From Priapulus caudatus (taxonomy: Eukaryota): a stretch of 19,866 nt of DNA. A program made the translations under genes and the position numbers. The notes beneath the pieces were generated by a model that saw nothing but the letters and a program-made list of their open reading frames with translations, searched no databases and was not told where the DNA came from. Positions 11,401 to 19,866 of the stretch are shown here, one piece after another (position 1 is the stretch's first letter; each line of letters opens with the position of its first letter). Location: contig NW_014577079.1 of assembly GCF_000485595.1 (NCBI RefSeq), forward strand, positions 157,992 through 177,857, given 5' to 3'.

Positions 11401-11487
11401 ACAGGGAGAACGCTAACGCCTGTCACAGTGGGAGCAGGTATACCGGTAGCTAACGTGCAACGATGTACAGTCTGCGCTATCTTGTAG
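1948..11487 (+). CDS. 5'-partial multi-exon gene (14 exons in window): ROCO-family protein, [Roc end]-COR-Cys/His-rich-Death-TIR-CaaX
   Basis: Exons: 1948-2091, 2870-3076, 3577-3738, 4113-4254, 5319-5476, 6323-6424, 7014-7193, 7463-7535, 7922-8089, 8328->8431 (gap), 9425-9603, 10510-10687, 11041-11238, 11360-11487. All visible junctions are GT-AG with matching phases and no internal stops. COR motifs PYMGEQIPLKWL, FYHDLG, VILQPQWL, YYVPCRL, FMPDGIFHRL; Death motif DWSALAKKLGY; TIR motifs VFLSYSW, CWMD, CIKE, IPV. Confidence 0.9.
2354..2830. repeat. Three diverged ~175-180 bp tandem copies in the intron before exon B
   Basis: Shared blocks: tcgttatcgacacgtaaac (~2553) and tcgttatcgacgcgcaaac (~2733); gaaaccgcgttgcgactagaaccatagc (~2589), gaaaccgtgctgcaactagaatcgtagc (~2767) and aaactgcgctacagctagaataatagc (~2414). 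Confidence 0.75.
2870..3076 (+). CDS. Exon B: COR-A core (MREIV...MLNFYHDLGVVVY...NTVILQPQWLLDVFRRVITVTDLNDQ)
   Basis: Acceptor ttatcgcag|, donor CAG|gtgagt, 207 nt, phase 0/0. LxFxHDLG and VILxPQWL are COR hallmarks. Confidence 0.93.
3047..3400 (+). repeat. Seven tandem 51-52 bp copies of the exon B 3' end plus donor site
   Basis: Unit ~GTCATCACGGTCCCCGACCTCAGTGAGCAG|GTAGGTCATCTTGTGGGGCAC. CAG| ends at 3076, 3128, 3179, 3230, 3281, 3332 and 3383. Confidence 0.95.
3577..3738 (+). CDS. Exon C: COR-A (WPHFMDSWGKLEREGII...LIGFMERFDLLCERQQPTN)
   Basis: Acceptor tttgcag|, donor |gtacgt, 162 nt, phase 0/0. GIL-like and MExFDLL motifs of COR. Confidence 0.9.
4113..4254 (+). CDS. Exon D: COR-A to COR-B transition (LMDEEEKDWVKSYYVPCRL...FYLDFNGFMP)
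   Basis: Acceptor cccattacag|, donor CAG|gtattt, 142 nt, phase 0/1. YxVPxxL motif. Confidence 0.9.
4276..4325. mobile_element. 50-bp miniature TIR element (14-bp TIR CAGGAGTGTATAAT, 7-bp TSD ATATCAT)
   Basis: 4276-4289 is the exact reverse complement of 4312-4325. ATATCAT flanks both sides (4269-4275 and 4326-4332). Confidence 0.7.
4499..4835. mobile_element. Tc1/mariner (pogo/Tigger-like) MITE with TA TSD
   Basis: TA|CAGTAGTCCAAAAATCCGGA ... TCCAGATTTTCGGTCTTTCACTG|TA. Imperfect TIRs, subterminal AAATCCGGA repeats, AT-rich non-coding core. Confidence 0.75.
5319..5476 (+). CDS. Exon E: COR-B (DGIFHRLLIRAVRW...HDFVLEMSSLHYSRIK)
   Basis: Acceptor ttttgcag|, donor AAG|gtaccg, 158 nt, phase 1/0. 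Joins exon D to give FMPDGIFHRL, the PxGxFxRL motif of COR-B. Confidence 0.92.
5900..6300. repeat. Degenerate (GT)n/(GCGT)n low-complexity tract
   Basis: Visible GT/GCGT runs; source of several spurious ORFs on both strands. Confidence 0.85.
6323..6424 (+). CDS. Exon F: beta-strand plus acidic/Pro-rich loop (VLVLRVAVLDDEEEQDMEVGTDNLPPPKPHACAE)
   Basis: Acceptor tgtttcag|, donor GAG|gtaagg, 102 nt, phase 0/0. Confidence 0.88.
7014..7193 (+). CDS. Exon G: end of COR-B and Cys/His-rich segment (VRRFLELAL...CGCSRECALHRRAACTEQSCVHFLPLDDCLSNK)
   Basis: Branch-like gctaac plus tccttccccgcag|, donor AAG|gtgagt, 180 nt, phase 0/0, strong GC3 bias. Confidence 0.92.
7463..7535 (+). CDS. Exon H (VVSCDHRRIKTAPFRKIFPSPTPF)
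   Basis: Acceptor tttcacag|, donor TTG|gtaatt, 73 nt, phase 0/1. Needed to bridge phase-0 exon G to phase-1 exon I. Confidence 0.82.
7922..8089 (+). CDS. Exon I: linker and first half of Death domain (...LPHWVRGAAKMLNAATPGADWSALAKKL)
   Basis: Acceptor ttttttccacag|, donor TCG|gtaggt, 168 nt, phase 1/1. DWxxLAxxLG is the Death domain helix 2 motif. Confidence 0.9.
8328..8431 (+). CDS. Exon J, 3'-truncated by gap: Death domain second half (GYRKEKVRDFEDDINPGLALIVDWVHRGGNNVACV...)
   Basis: Acceptor ctgctcacgcag|, phase 1, open up to the N run. PxxxLLxxW-like helix 4. Not in the ORF track. Confidence 0.85.
8432..8441. other. Assembly gap (10 N)
   Basis: N run followed directly by a (CT)n microsatellite. 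Confidence 0.99.
8442..8514. repeat. (CT)n microsatellite with CTCG interruptions
   Basis: Directly visible. Confidence 0.95.
8985..9085. repeat. Pyrimidine-rich minisatellite containing a 42-bp near-exact duplication
   Basis: gtcattctcccactatcactctcctatactgtc(g/a)ctctcctc at 9001-9042 and 9043-9084; underlying ~14-bp unit. Confidence 0.85.
9425..9603 (+). CDS. Exon K: TIR domain N-half (QVFLSYSWDVQDQVKVLRTRLEQAGFTCWMDLGQMGGGDYLYSKIELAIRDAK)
   Basis: Acceptor gtgttacag|, donor AAA|gtacat. betaA VFLSYS, betaB CWMD and BB loop MGGGD fit the TIR_2 pattern. Confidence 0.93.
9612..9719. mobile_element. Degenerate Tc1/mariner-type MITE remnant
   Basis: Right end gaggtgaccactaacacaggttttACTG|TA; only a weak left counterpart (taaaacct). 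Confidence 0.35.
10092..10333. mobile_element. MITE with 9-bp TSD (Mutator-like) carrying an internal TTAGGG/TTAGGA tract
   Basis: 10098-10123 and 10300-10325 are inverted repeats (25/26 match). CTTCTTTAC is duplicated at 10083-10091 and 10334-10342. GG...CC termini. Telomere-like hexamers at ~10147-10200. Confidence 0.8.
10510..10687 (+). CDS. Exon L: TIR domain C-half (MVVCCITPKYVSSYMCIKEANLADVLRKPTIPVMFKKTQWPPPNGLALVFPHLLYIDLF)
   Basis: Acceptor cgttacag|, donor TCG|gtaagc, 178 nt, phase 0/1. betaC, SxxCxxE and IPV motifs. Confidence 0.93.
11041..11238 (+). CDS. Exon M: GLGGHGGSGIHADFEARMAEVIYQV... and C-terminal tail
   Basis: Acceptor tttcgctag|, donor CAG|gtgtgc, 198 nt, phase 1/1, open frame. 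Confidence 0.85.
11360..11487 (+). CDS. Terminal coding exon N (VTTASVHGEGDIHGTGRTLTPVTVGAGIPVANVQRCTVCAIL*), ending in CaaX
   Basis: Acceptor tttgttttcag|, phase 1. Reads open to TGC GCT ATC TTG TAG TAA (double stop). Not in the ORF track. Confidence 0.83.
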
Positions 11488-11810
11488 TAAAAGTCAGTGT
11501 AAGTAGTGTCTTGTGCGGGGTTGTAGCATACCCCATGAATCTCTCTGTCTCACTCTATATATATATATATATTATACATAGTATCATGAACATTCCTGAA
11601 CATATCTTTTTAATACTACTGTATTGGTATGTTCATGATAGTTTGCCTATGTTCATACATATATGTAGTAGCTATGTTTGTTCTGCACGCCACTTCACTT
11701 CTTGGTGGTGGGGGACAAGATTGAAACCTGAAGTATCAAGTCTTCACTGATGAGGACAGAGTATATATTTACTCGGAGACGATTAGTTAGATGAGAAGAG
11801 ACTTGATTCA

Positions 11811-11816
11811 AATAAA
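11811..11816 (+). promoter_or_regulatory. Candidate polyadenylation signal (first AATAAA after the stop)
   Basis: Hexamer only. Other AATAAA occur at ~12144, ~13406 and ~14895, so the true 3' end cannot be fixed. Confidence 0.3.
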
Positions 11817-13081
11817 GTGCATCTGTTAGAATGCGCGATGATGAAGATCTACACGTTATTGACTGTGATATTGCAGAATCATCGCAGCAACCAAATAATA
11901 GGTCCTTCTGTTAATAATAGATTCTGAAGACACTACCCGATATGTATCTAATTTTATATACACTTGCTGTTATCGAGTATATTGTACTAAACCTGGCATG
12001 CGCGTGCGTGGTGGTGTCCGTGTAATAACCAGTACCAACTTGTCGTTTTGGGGGAAAATTGGTGGCTCGTGATTGTTGGAATTTTAACACGCATTTGGGA
12101 ACTCTTGAAAATGGGATTGAAGGGAACCTCACAAAGATCTTTTAATAAACGTTTGCAATCCAATGTATCCCGACCACATATTTTCTACTTTGAAATGTTA
12201 TTTCATATAAACGTGTACAATATTATTGAAGTTGAATAGTGAAATGGTGGAATGAGGGGGTCTCCCATTACAGACTACCGATAACAGATTTGTTGAATCT
12301 ACCTATCAGTAAGAGGGAATATTCAAACTTGGATTTTAAATATCATGTATTGACATGTTTTGGGGGAAAATTTCCTGTAACGTTAATGACAATGGCTGAA
12401 TTGAAATATCACCGTAGTGAGGTCCAGAGTGTGGTTAATCATATACACGAAATGGTGCGCTGCAATCTCTACTGAGTATTGTGTAAATGCTTTTGCTGCA
12501 TTAAAGAAGTACCACGTATGTGTAACTCAAATGTAACAACATGGTAGTTTATATCAACAATAGCTTGCTTTTCTATAGCTGAATAATTGTCACTAATATG
12601 TCCTTATCTTCGGGAGACAGCCAGGCAAGGTTATTTAATCTGCCTTTACCTTACGTGATACCACTTATGTGCAGTTTTGCATGATTTTTAAACATGTCGA
12701 TACTGGTGACATTCTGTTCAATTTCTGGGTATCAAGATTCTAAAACGGTGATAATAATATGGTTGTGCCATATGAATTGTGTGTTGGGATTTTGCAGCGG
12801 TTTTTGCTGACCAACTCGCATCCATCATTTTAAAATAATTTACAACTTCCAAATTTTGTGAAGCACGCCTTAGTAATATTTAGTGATTACCACATGGCCA
12901 GTAAATACTTCTATCCCCAACTTCGCCAGGTCCTCTGTAAGCATAGGTATTACTGGTTTTATAAAAAATTGATGCCAGTGTGTGATACTACCAAATCAAA
13001 AGTAAGTGTTCTCATATAGCTAGCGAATGAGCAATGTTGTTGTAACATATTGCTGTACCGTACATATGATCTATCTCTGTA

Positions 13082-13126
13082 CGTGTGTGTGTGTGTGTGT
13101 GTGTGCGTGCGTGCGTGCGTGAGTGC

Positions 13127-13187
<61 letters not shown>

Positions 13188-13274
13188 TGTGTGTGTGTGT
13201 GTGTGTGTGTTAGTGTATGTGTGTGCGCGCGTGTGTGCCTGTGCGTATGCGCGTACGTGCGTGTGTGTGTGTGT
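13082..13274. repeat. Compound (GT)n/(GCGT)n microsatellite
   Basis: Directly visible. Confidence 0.95.
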
Positions 13275-14489
13275 GAAACGTACACAACACAATATTGGTT
13301 TTATTACATATGCGTTGCTGTTCATCACCGAATACATTTCCTGTGATGTCATTTTGTTGAAATATTTATGGTTTCATAGTTGCGAGAAACCAGTCAAGTA
13401 TAGTCAATAAACTAGCTATACCCTGACCAATCAATATCCACCTTAGGGGGACGTACCCCACCGACCAGTAAATACAGGGTACTACCAGAATTACAACTTG
13501 CCACTTAATTAAGAACACTGGTATCTTGAAGTGATGGAAGTTGGCTTCACTTCCCGCAGAGAGGCTGGGCAAGGCAGGAAATGCTAATGTTTGATGCTGT
13601 TGGCTGTTTAGAGCAATGCATCTGCTGCGTAGGCAACGGCTTTTTCAGAGGAAGCTAAAATGGCCAATTTATGGTATTGACCAATGGAATTTTTCAGTGA
13701 GCCAGACGTTTCGTAGGTACGCGTACTATGGCTACTGCAAGTTCATAGCTGGACATTTCAGTAAATGTGGTTTCTTGTATCAGTGATCATGATGTGCAGA
13801 GCATCGCATTAGCCGTGATGTTGTTTCAAGGTGCATTTTTAATCAAATCTACTTTTATGTGATTTAGTGTTCCGCATAGGTTGTGTGTGTTTTGAACATA
13901 AAATGTGCTAATTAGTTGATAATGAAAAATGACCATGATTAAGGAAAAAATTGATGCGTTTATTTGTGGTTATTACAGGCATGAGTTCGTTATGTATATG
14001 TATTTATTAAATATAAGTGTTCTGCATGGTGTTTTTCTCGCGGTGCTGCAAACTGAAAGTTCTTTTCTTGGCTACTGCCACAAGAAACTGATTAGGGGGC
14101 TAAGCACGATTGTATTGTCTATCGTGTTAATGCGTTTCTACGGGTTGTAGCCCTCCCCCATGCGTCGATTCAGCTGTAGTTTTACATTTGTTGTGATTTC
14201 ATTTTAGATGCATAAGTAATGCAGAGTAAATGATGTAAAGTTATACACTAAAATTGGTTTTATAGGTTCAAGATTTTATGTTTACGGATGTGTTAAACGT
14301 TCGGAAACATTAAATTTCTCACAGAGTAAACTACTTTTAGATATTTGGAGATTTTTGTTGGCTAAAATACTTGTGTTTTGCCAAATGCCTGCAGCAGGGC
14401 TTTTCTGTGCCACATTCGAAAATTGACATCATTATAATCGGTTATTATATTGATGTTGTTGTGTGCATGTATGTAGGTGTATATGTACA

Positions 14490-14493
<4 letters not shown>

Positions 14494-14573
<80 letters not shown>

Positions 14574-14578
14574 TGTGT
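14494..14578. repeat. Compound (GT)n(GCGT)n microsatellite
   Basis: Directly visible. Confidence 0.95.
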
Positions 14579-14964
14579 ATGTATGTTTATTTGCTGTTGT
14601 GCACGAGGACATTTGTTATGTTGCGCTGACAAGGGTGGAGTTTTATACATATATATTCGTTCAAGGTATTGTCTATACTTCAAAGGGGAAACAGACCATG
14701 TGAATGCTATTTGTCGTAAAATTTTAGGCACACGTACGTATATGCACTTATGGTCCGTAGGTCACTGACGAATGAACCGGTTATTTTTGTTTCTTAGAAA
14801 TTTTTAACCGTCGTGTCACATTGGTAACGTTTGAACTGTCATGTGTGTAGAGATTTTTGGGAGAACATTCACATACGTATGGTATGGACCATGAAATAAA
14901 CCATGTAAATGTCATCCGCATATTGCAATATAGTTACTAGTAGTGTTATTTTTATACGTCTGTG

Positions 14965-14968
14965 ATAT

Positions 14969-15002
<34 letters not shown>

Positions 15003-15092
15003 ACATAAATATATATATAATATACATATATATATATTTATATAATATCAGGTATAATATATATATATATACATATATATATATTTATATAA
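14965..15092. repeat. (AT)n microsatellite
   Basis: Directly visible; start of the duplicated block. Confidence 0.9.
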
Positions 15093-15989
15093 TCAAGGTA
15101 ATGACTGCTTATTACTTGGTTAGAAAAATTTGGAAAGAAATATCATGGGATATTATTGTAAAAAAATTCGATGCGCTTAGTGTAATAATATAACTGACGC
15201 TTTGTAGTTTGGGCGAAGGCTGACTAATTGCCATAGTCGCGTACATGCCACTCGTCAGTGGCATTTGCTTTCCTAGGGAAACTGACCAAACATTGGGCTA
15301 CGTCGATGCATTTGCAGCAATAATTACAGTAATTCCACGGGTATTTTTTTTTTATAAATCATGGTGTTTGTAAGTATGTATTAATTTGAATTTGTAACCG
15401 AGAAAAACGCCTACCAAAAATCACACGTGTACCTAATAATTGGCCTAATAGTATTTGTGGTTCAAATCAGAAATGTTTTCGTGAATCGTCAATGTGTGTT
15501 GTTGTTGTTTTATCGGCGTTCAGACCAATAAATGTTGTAATCGGCGTGGCGTGACATAATTGTATAAATTAACTGCCGCGTCACACCAGAAACTATATGA
15601 TACATGTACGAGTTCGGCGAGGTGTTCTAAGGCAATTAAGCACTGGCTGATATAAGTGGGGAAATTAGTGGCGACGTATCTATATCTGTTATTATGGCTG
15701 TCTGCGTGAATAAAGTTACCTTTATAAAGTTAACGGAACTGTTTGATGTAGTTATATTTTCGTAGCAAACGATACACAGTTGCAAACAGATGGCGTTTTT
15801 TATTTTAAGAACGATCGTCTGCCTATTGGCCGCATATGAAGCATGTCATATTGATTCTGTTCCCGTACCCATTATTTTACCACCTGGATATTACCAAATA
15901 AAACATAATCTTCACTAATATAACATAATATATTGGTTAGCTCTACCGCTTGTAGGCCACTTTGCTCGATCTATGCCATTGGTTTTTGG

Positions 15990-17861
15990 CATGGTTCATA
16001 TACAGGAGGAACTGAAAAAGGACTTTTCAAGGACATTTTATCAGAGAAATGCAAGGCATTTTACGGAACATTTTATCGGAATTGCATACACAACAAAACA
16101 TACCTGGATTAATTTAATAACCCCATTCTTAATGCACTGTCACCTCTTTTAAAAAAAAACTTACGCTATGAATCACATTAAATAAACCCCTTCTAAACAC
16201 CTGTCACCCTTCTACAACATAGCCCTTAGGACCGTGATGCGGCCATGATGGCCGAGCTTGCCGAGGATTGAACACTGTGTCTTTTCAATCACAGCCTACG
16301 CCCACCAGCTGTTTGATATTTTTATAGTGGGGACTCTAACAGCATGGAATGCGCCGTCTGCAGGAACTAGGGCATTCTGCATAGGCTAGAACGGTTTCCT
16401 ACGATAAGAGTGTTGCAGCAAAAACGAAAATAAACGCCTTTTAGCGCAGCTGCGCTAACGTCCTTCTTGTTGAATTTTTCATCATTCTCCGGTAATCGGA
16501 ATAAGCCCCGCGCTTCTTGCGTTGATGGCCATGAATGGGCCGTGACCGACGTTTACCGGTTCCCTGTACTACCGTTTTTCGCCGGCCTATTTACTTTTCG
16601 GTAAATAATGAAATCCCGCCGATGCATTTCGGCATCGAAGAGGAAAATTTTCCCACATTTTCACGGTCGCTGTCAATTTTCAAATAAAATAATGCGTGTT
16701 TTAATGTAATTTACCACGATTACGTATAGAAACTATATTGTTATTTTTACTCTGATTTCTGCCGTATCTTTCCTTGGAATTTTCATCGTCTTTGCAATGC
16801 CTTTCCGTAGATTTTTCTGCGTTTTTCTGCGTGATTATTATTCGCGGGGCAGGCACATCATTTTGAAATGCCTCCAACATTTTTACTTCTTGCGGCTTAG
16901 TTAAGTTACGTCCCATGTTTCACTGTTATTTACGAAGGAAGGTAACATGTGGCATTCGTAATAATTTTCACTTTTGCTTCTATAAGTAATGATTTCCATA
17001 ATTTGCTCTTCTGCCCATGATAATAATATTATTTCGGGCTGCATCATCGAAACGGCTCATTATTCAACATTTTCAGTTCGGACTCTTATCATATCGTTAT
17101 AACCTAAATTATTCATTAAATTAAATACCGCCTAGGATGAATATTTGGTGAATTTTGTTATTACTTGGTTGCCTATGCTTGGTTTGGCCTATTGCCTTGG
17201 TTTTTGCCTTGGTCTCCTTCCTATCCTTATCTTTGTTTTGTGAATTTTATAACTACATTGTATTTGTTTTGTTGGCATATTAAAATTCTAATCTTTTTGA
17301 ATTCAGATCTAATATGGAGCATGGAACTGAGCGATTTATTGTTACTCTGTTTTATAATCTCCAATTCCTAGAATATCGTCCATATATAATCATTGTCATC
17401 TTCTAAAAACTAACAGACCATGCCGCTGACGCGCTGTGGAGAACGTGCGCGCGGCCTGCGAATTTTGCGGCACGTCTCCACTGCGACAGGCGGCTTCATA
17501 CTTGAAACATGCCCCGCGTCGCGTAGGCGCATATCCGCGCGGGAACTGCGCGTCTCATTCCCGCGCAGCAGGCGCTTAGGATGCAACAGTCGAAAGCTGT
17601 GCCTAGCAAATCTTGTATCATGTCTCTGTGGATTTACTGGACTGATTTTTAGGTACTGACGTTACTGTAATTTCCGATCATCATTTAACTGTCTATCGTG
17701 TCTATAGCTTTTTAAAAAGCTGCATTAAATCACAGGACATTTCCATGAAATTCATAGGACTTTTTCAAGCAACAAAAATCCAATATTTAACTAAATTCAA
17801 GTACTTTCAAGGACCTCAACTACTCAAATTCAAGGACTTTTCAAGGACTGTGCGAACCATG
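15990..17861. mobile_element. Non-autonomous DNA transposon, hAT-like, ~1.87 kb
   Basis: Left end CATGGTTCATA(TA)CAG; right end CTGTGCGAACCATG (reverse complement CATGGTTCGCACAG). TTCAAGGAC(T/A)TTT subterminal repeats cluster at both ends. TTTTGG flanks both sides. No transposase ORF seen. Confidence 0.72.
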
Positions 17862-18320
17862 TTTTGGCTTCATTCGTGAAGCATACATATAGGGCCTCGA
17901 CAGCTGCATTGTATTGGTTTTTATAACGGACTTCGTCTAGACTCTAGCCTTTCCGCGCGTGAGGTAGTTCTAGCATCTTACCGGCCCCTTACCGCAAAAC
18001 CCGACTCTACAAAGCCTTTGCCCGCGCAGGTGTTAACCGATGAAAATCGGCATAGACTGTCTTTCGTAGTCGTTTAGTTGTACAGTTATGTTCTAGCGGT
18101 TTAATGCAGTTATCACGCAAAAGGGCATTACAGTGAGCGCTTCTGGCCTTGCATTTCATGCGCCCGTCCTTGGGTAACGTCTTTCGGTCGTAGCGCGGGT
18201 TTCTACGAACCGTATCTAGCGGTTTGGTTCGTAGATGTTTTCAGTTTTTGTCGTGTGTGCGTCGTTTGTTATACGCGTATTATGGAATATCTACGGGTTG
18301 TCTGCCATCTGCCTACTGCT

Positions 18321-18351
<31 letters not shown>

Positions 18352-18572
18352 GCTTCTTCCGTCTCTCTCTTCTCTCTCTCTCTCTCAGTGCGTCTCCTGC
18401 ACTCTCTCTCTCTCTGCTCCTCTCTTCTCTCTCTCTCTGCTCATCCTCTCTCGTCGCTCCTCTCTCCTCGTCTCTCTCTCATCCTCTATCTTCGACTCTC
18501 GTCTCCTCTGCCTCGCTCCTCGAGGGTCTCTCGATCTCATCTCTCTTTCATTCTCTGTATTCTCTCTCTCTC
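18321..18572. repeat. Noisy (CT)n microsatellite
   Basis: Directly visible, abuts the gap. Confidence 0.9.
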
Positions 18573-18597
18573 NNNNNNNNNNNNNNNNNNNNNNNNN
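18573..18597. other. Assembly gap (25 N)
   Basis: N run between (CT)n and (AT)n tracts. Confidence 0.99.
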
Positions 18598-18637
<40 letters not shown>

Positions 18638-19866
18638 CATATATATATATTTATATATATCAGGTATAAATATATATATATATACATATATATATATTTA
18701 TATATATCAGGTATGACTGCTTATTACTTGTTAAAAAATTTGGAAGAAATATCATGGGATATTTTGTAAACAAATTCGATGCTTAGTGTAATAATATAAC
18801 TGACGCTCTTGTAGTTTTGGCGAAGCTGACTAATTTGCCATAGTCCGTCAATGCACTCGTCAGTGGCATTTCTTTCCTAGGGAAACTGACCAAACTTGGG
18901 CTACGTCGATGCATTTGCACAATAATTACAGTATTCACTATTTTTTTTATAAATCATGGGTTTGTAAGTATGTATTAATTTCGAATTTGTAACCGAGAAA
19001 AACGCCTACCAAAAATCACACGTGTACCTAATATTGCCTATAGTATTTGTGGTTCAAATCATGAAATGTTTTTTCGTGAATGTCAATGTGTGTTGTTGGT
19101 TGTTTTACGCGTTCAGACAATATGTTGTAATCGCGTGCGTGACATAATTGTATAATTAACCGGTCACACCAGAAACTATATGATAATGTACGAGTTCGCG
19201 TGTTTCTAAGGCAATTAAGCACTGCTGATATCAGTGGGGAATTGTGGCCCGTATCTATATCTGGTTATTATGCTGTCTGCGTGAAATAAAGTTACCTTTA
19301 TAAAGTTAACGAACTGGTTTGAATGTAGTTATATTTTCGTACAACGATACACAGTTGCAAACAGATGGCGTTTTATTTTAAGAACGATCGGTCTGCCTAT
19401 TGCCCATATGAAGCATGTCATATTGATTCCTCCCGTACCCATTATTTACCCCTGATATTACCATAAAACATATCTTCACTAATATACATAATATATTGTT
19501 AGCTCTACCCTTGTAGCCACTTTGCTTCGATCTATGCCATTGTTTTTGCATGGTTCATACAGGAGGACTGAAAAAGGACTTTTCAAGGACATTTTATCAG
19601 AAATGCAAGGACATTTTATCGGACATTTTATCGGAATTCATACACAACAAAACATACCTGGATTAATTTAATAACCCCATTCTTAATCACTGTCACCTCT
19701 AAAACTTACCTGGATCACATTAATAAACCCTTCTAAACACTGTCACTTCTACAACATACCCTTGACGTGATGCGGCCATGATGCCGAGGCTTGCCGAGGA
19801 TTGACACTGTGTCTTTCAATCACAGCCTACGCCGCACCTCTGTTTGATATTTTTATAGGTGGGGAC
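18598..19866 (+). repeat. Second copy of ~14965-16334, running off the right edge; probable false duplication
   Basis: Colinear match from the (AT)n tract through atgactgcttattacttg to tttttatag(g)tggggac. Differences are mostly 1-2 nt indels. Confidence 0.92.

Noticed and set aside
1948..11487. Naming the gene DAPK1, LRRK2, MFHAS1, MyD88 or SARM1
   Set aside because: There is no kinase after COR, and TIR plus CaaX follow the Death domain; none of these genes has that domain order. The N-terminus is not visible, so no symbol was assigned.
12045..12372. 16-bp direct repeat GTTTTGGGGGAAAATT at ~12045 and ~12357
   Set aside because: Made of homopolymer runs, with no extended similarity or element structure between the copies.
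16701..16916. Minus-strand 71-aa ORF as a transposase fragment
   Set aside because: No recognisable DDE, BED or dimerisation motif, and the sequence is indel-noisy.

Overview
Animal (invertebrate-type) genomic DNA, not prokaryotic. The first 11.5 kb hold the last 14 coding exons of one + strand gene, about 700 visible codons. All visible junctions are GT-AG and in phase. The 5' exons lie upstream of the window and a 10-N gap truncates exon J. The spliced product reads: end of Roc GTPase domain, COR domain, Cys/His-rich segment, Death domain, TIR (TIR_2/SARM1-like) domain with the NADase-type catalytic Glu, Gly/His-rich motif, and a C-terminal CaaX box (CAIL-stop). By inference this is a prenylated, kinase-less ROCO-Death-TIR protein, probably acting in immunity or cell death. 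The introns contain tandem copies of exon ends including their splice sites, several MITE-like elements with readable TIRs and TSDs, a minisatellite and microsatellites. Downstream lie the presumed 3' UTR/intergenic DNA and a ~1.9 kb non-autonomous hAT-like element. An indel-rich second copy of ~14965-16334 follows a 25-N gap and is most likely an assembly artefact. All domain calls come from motif recognition by eye; no database search was run.
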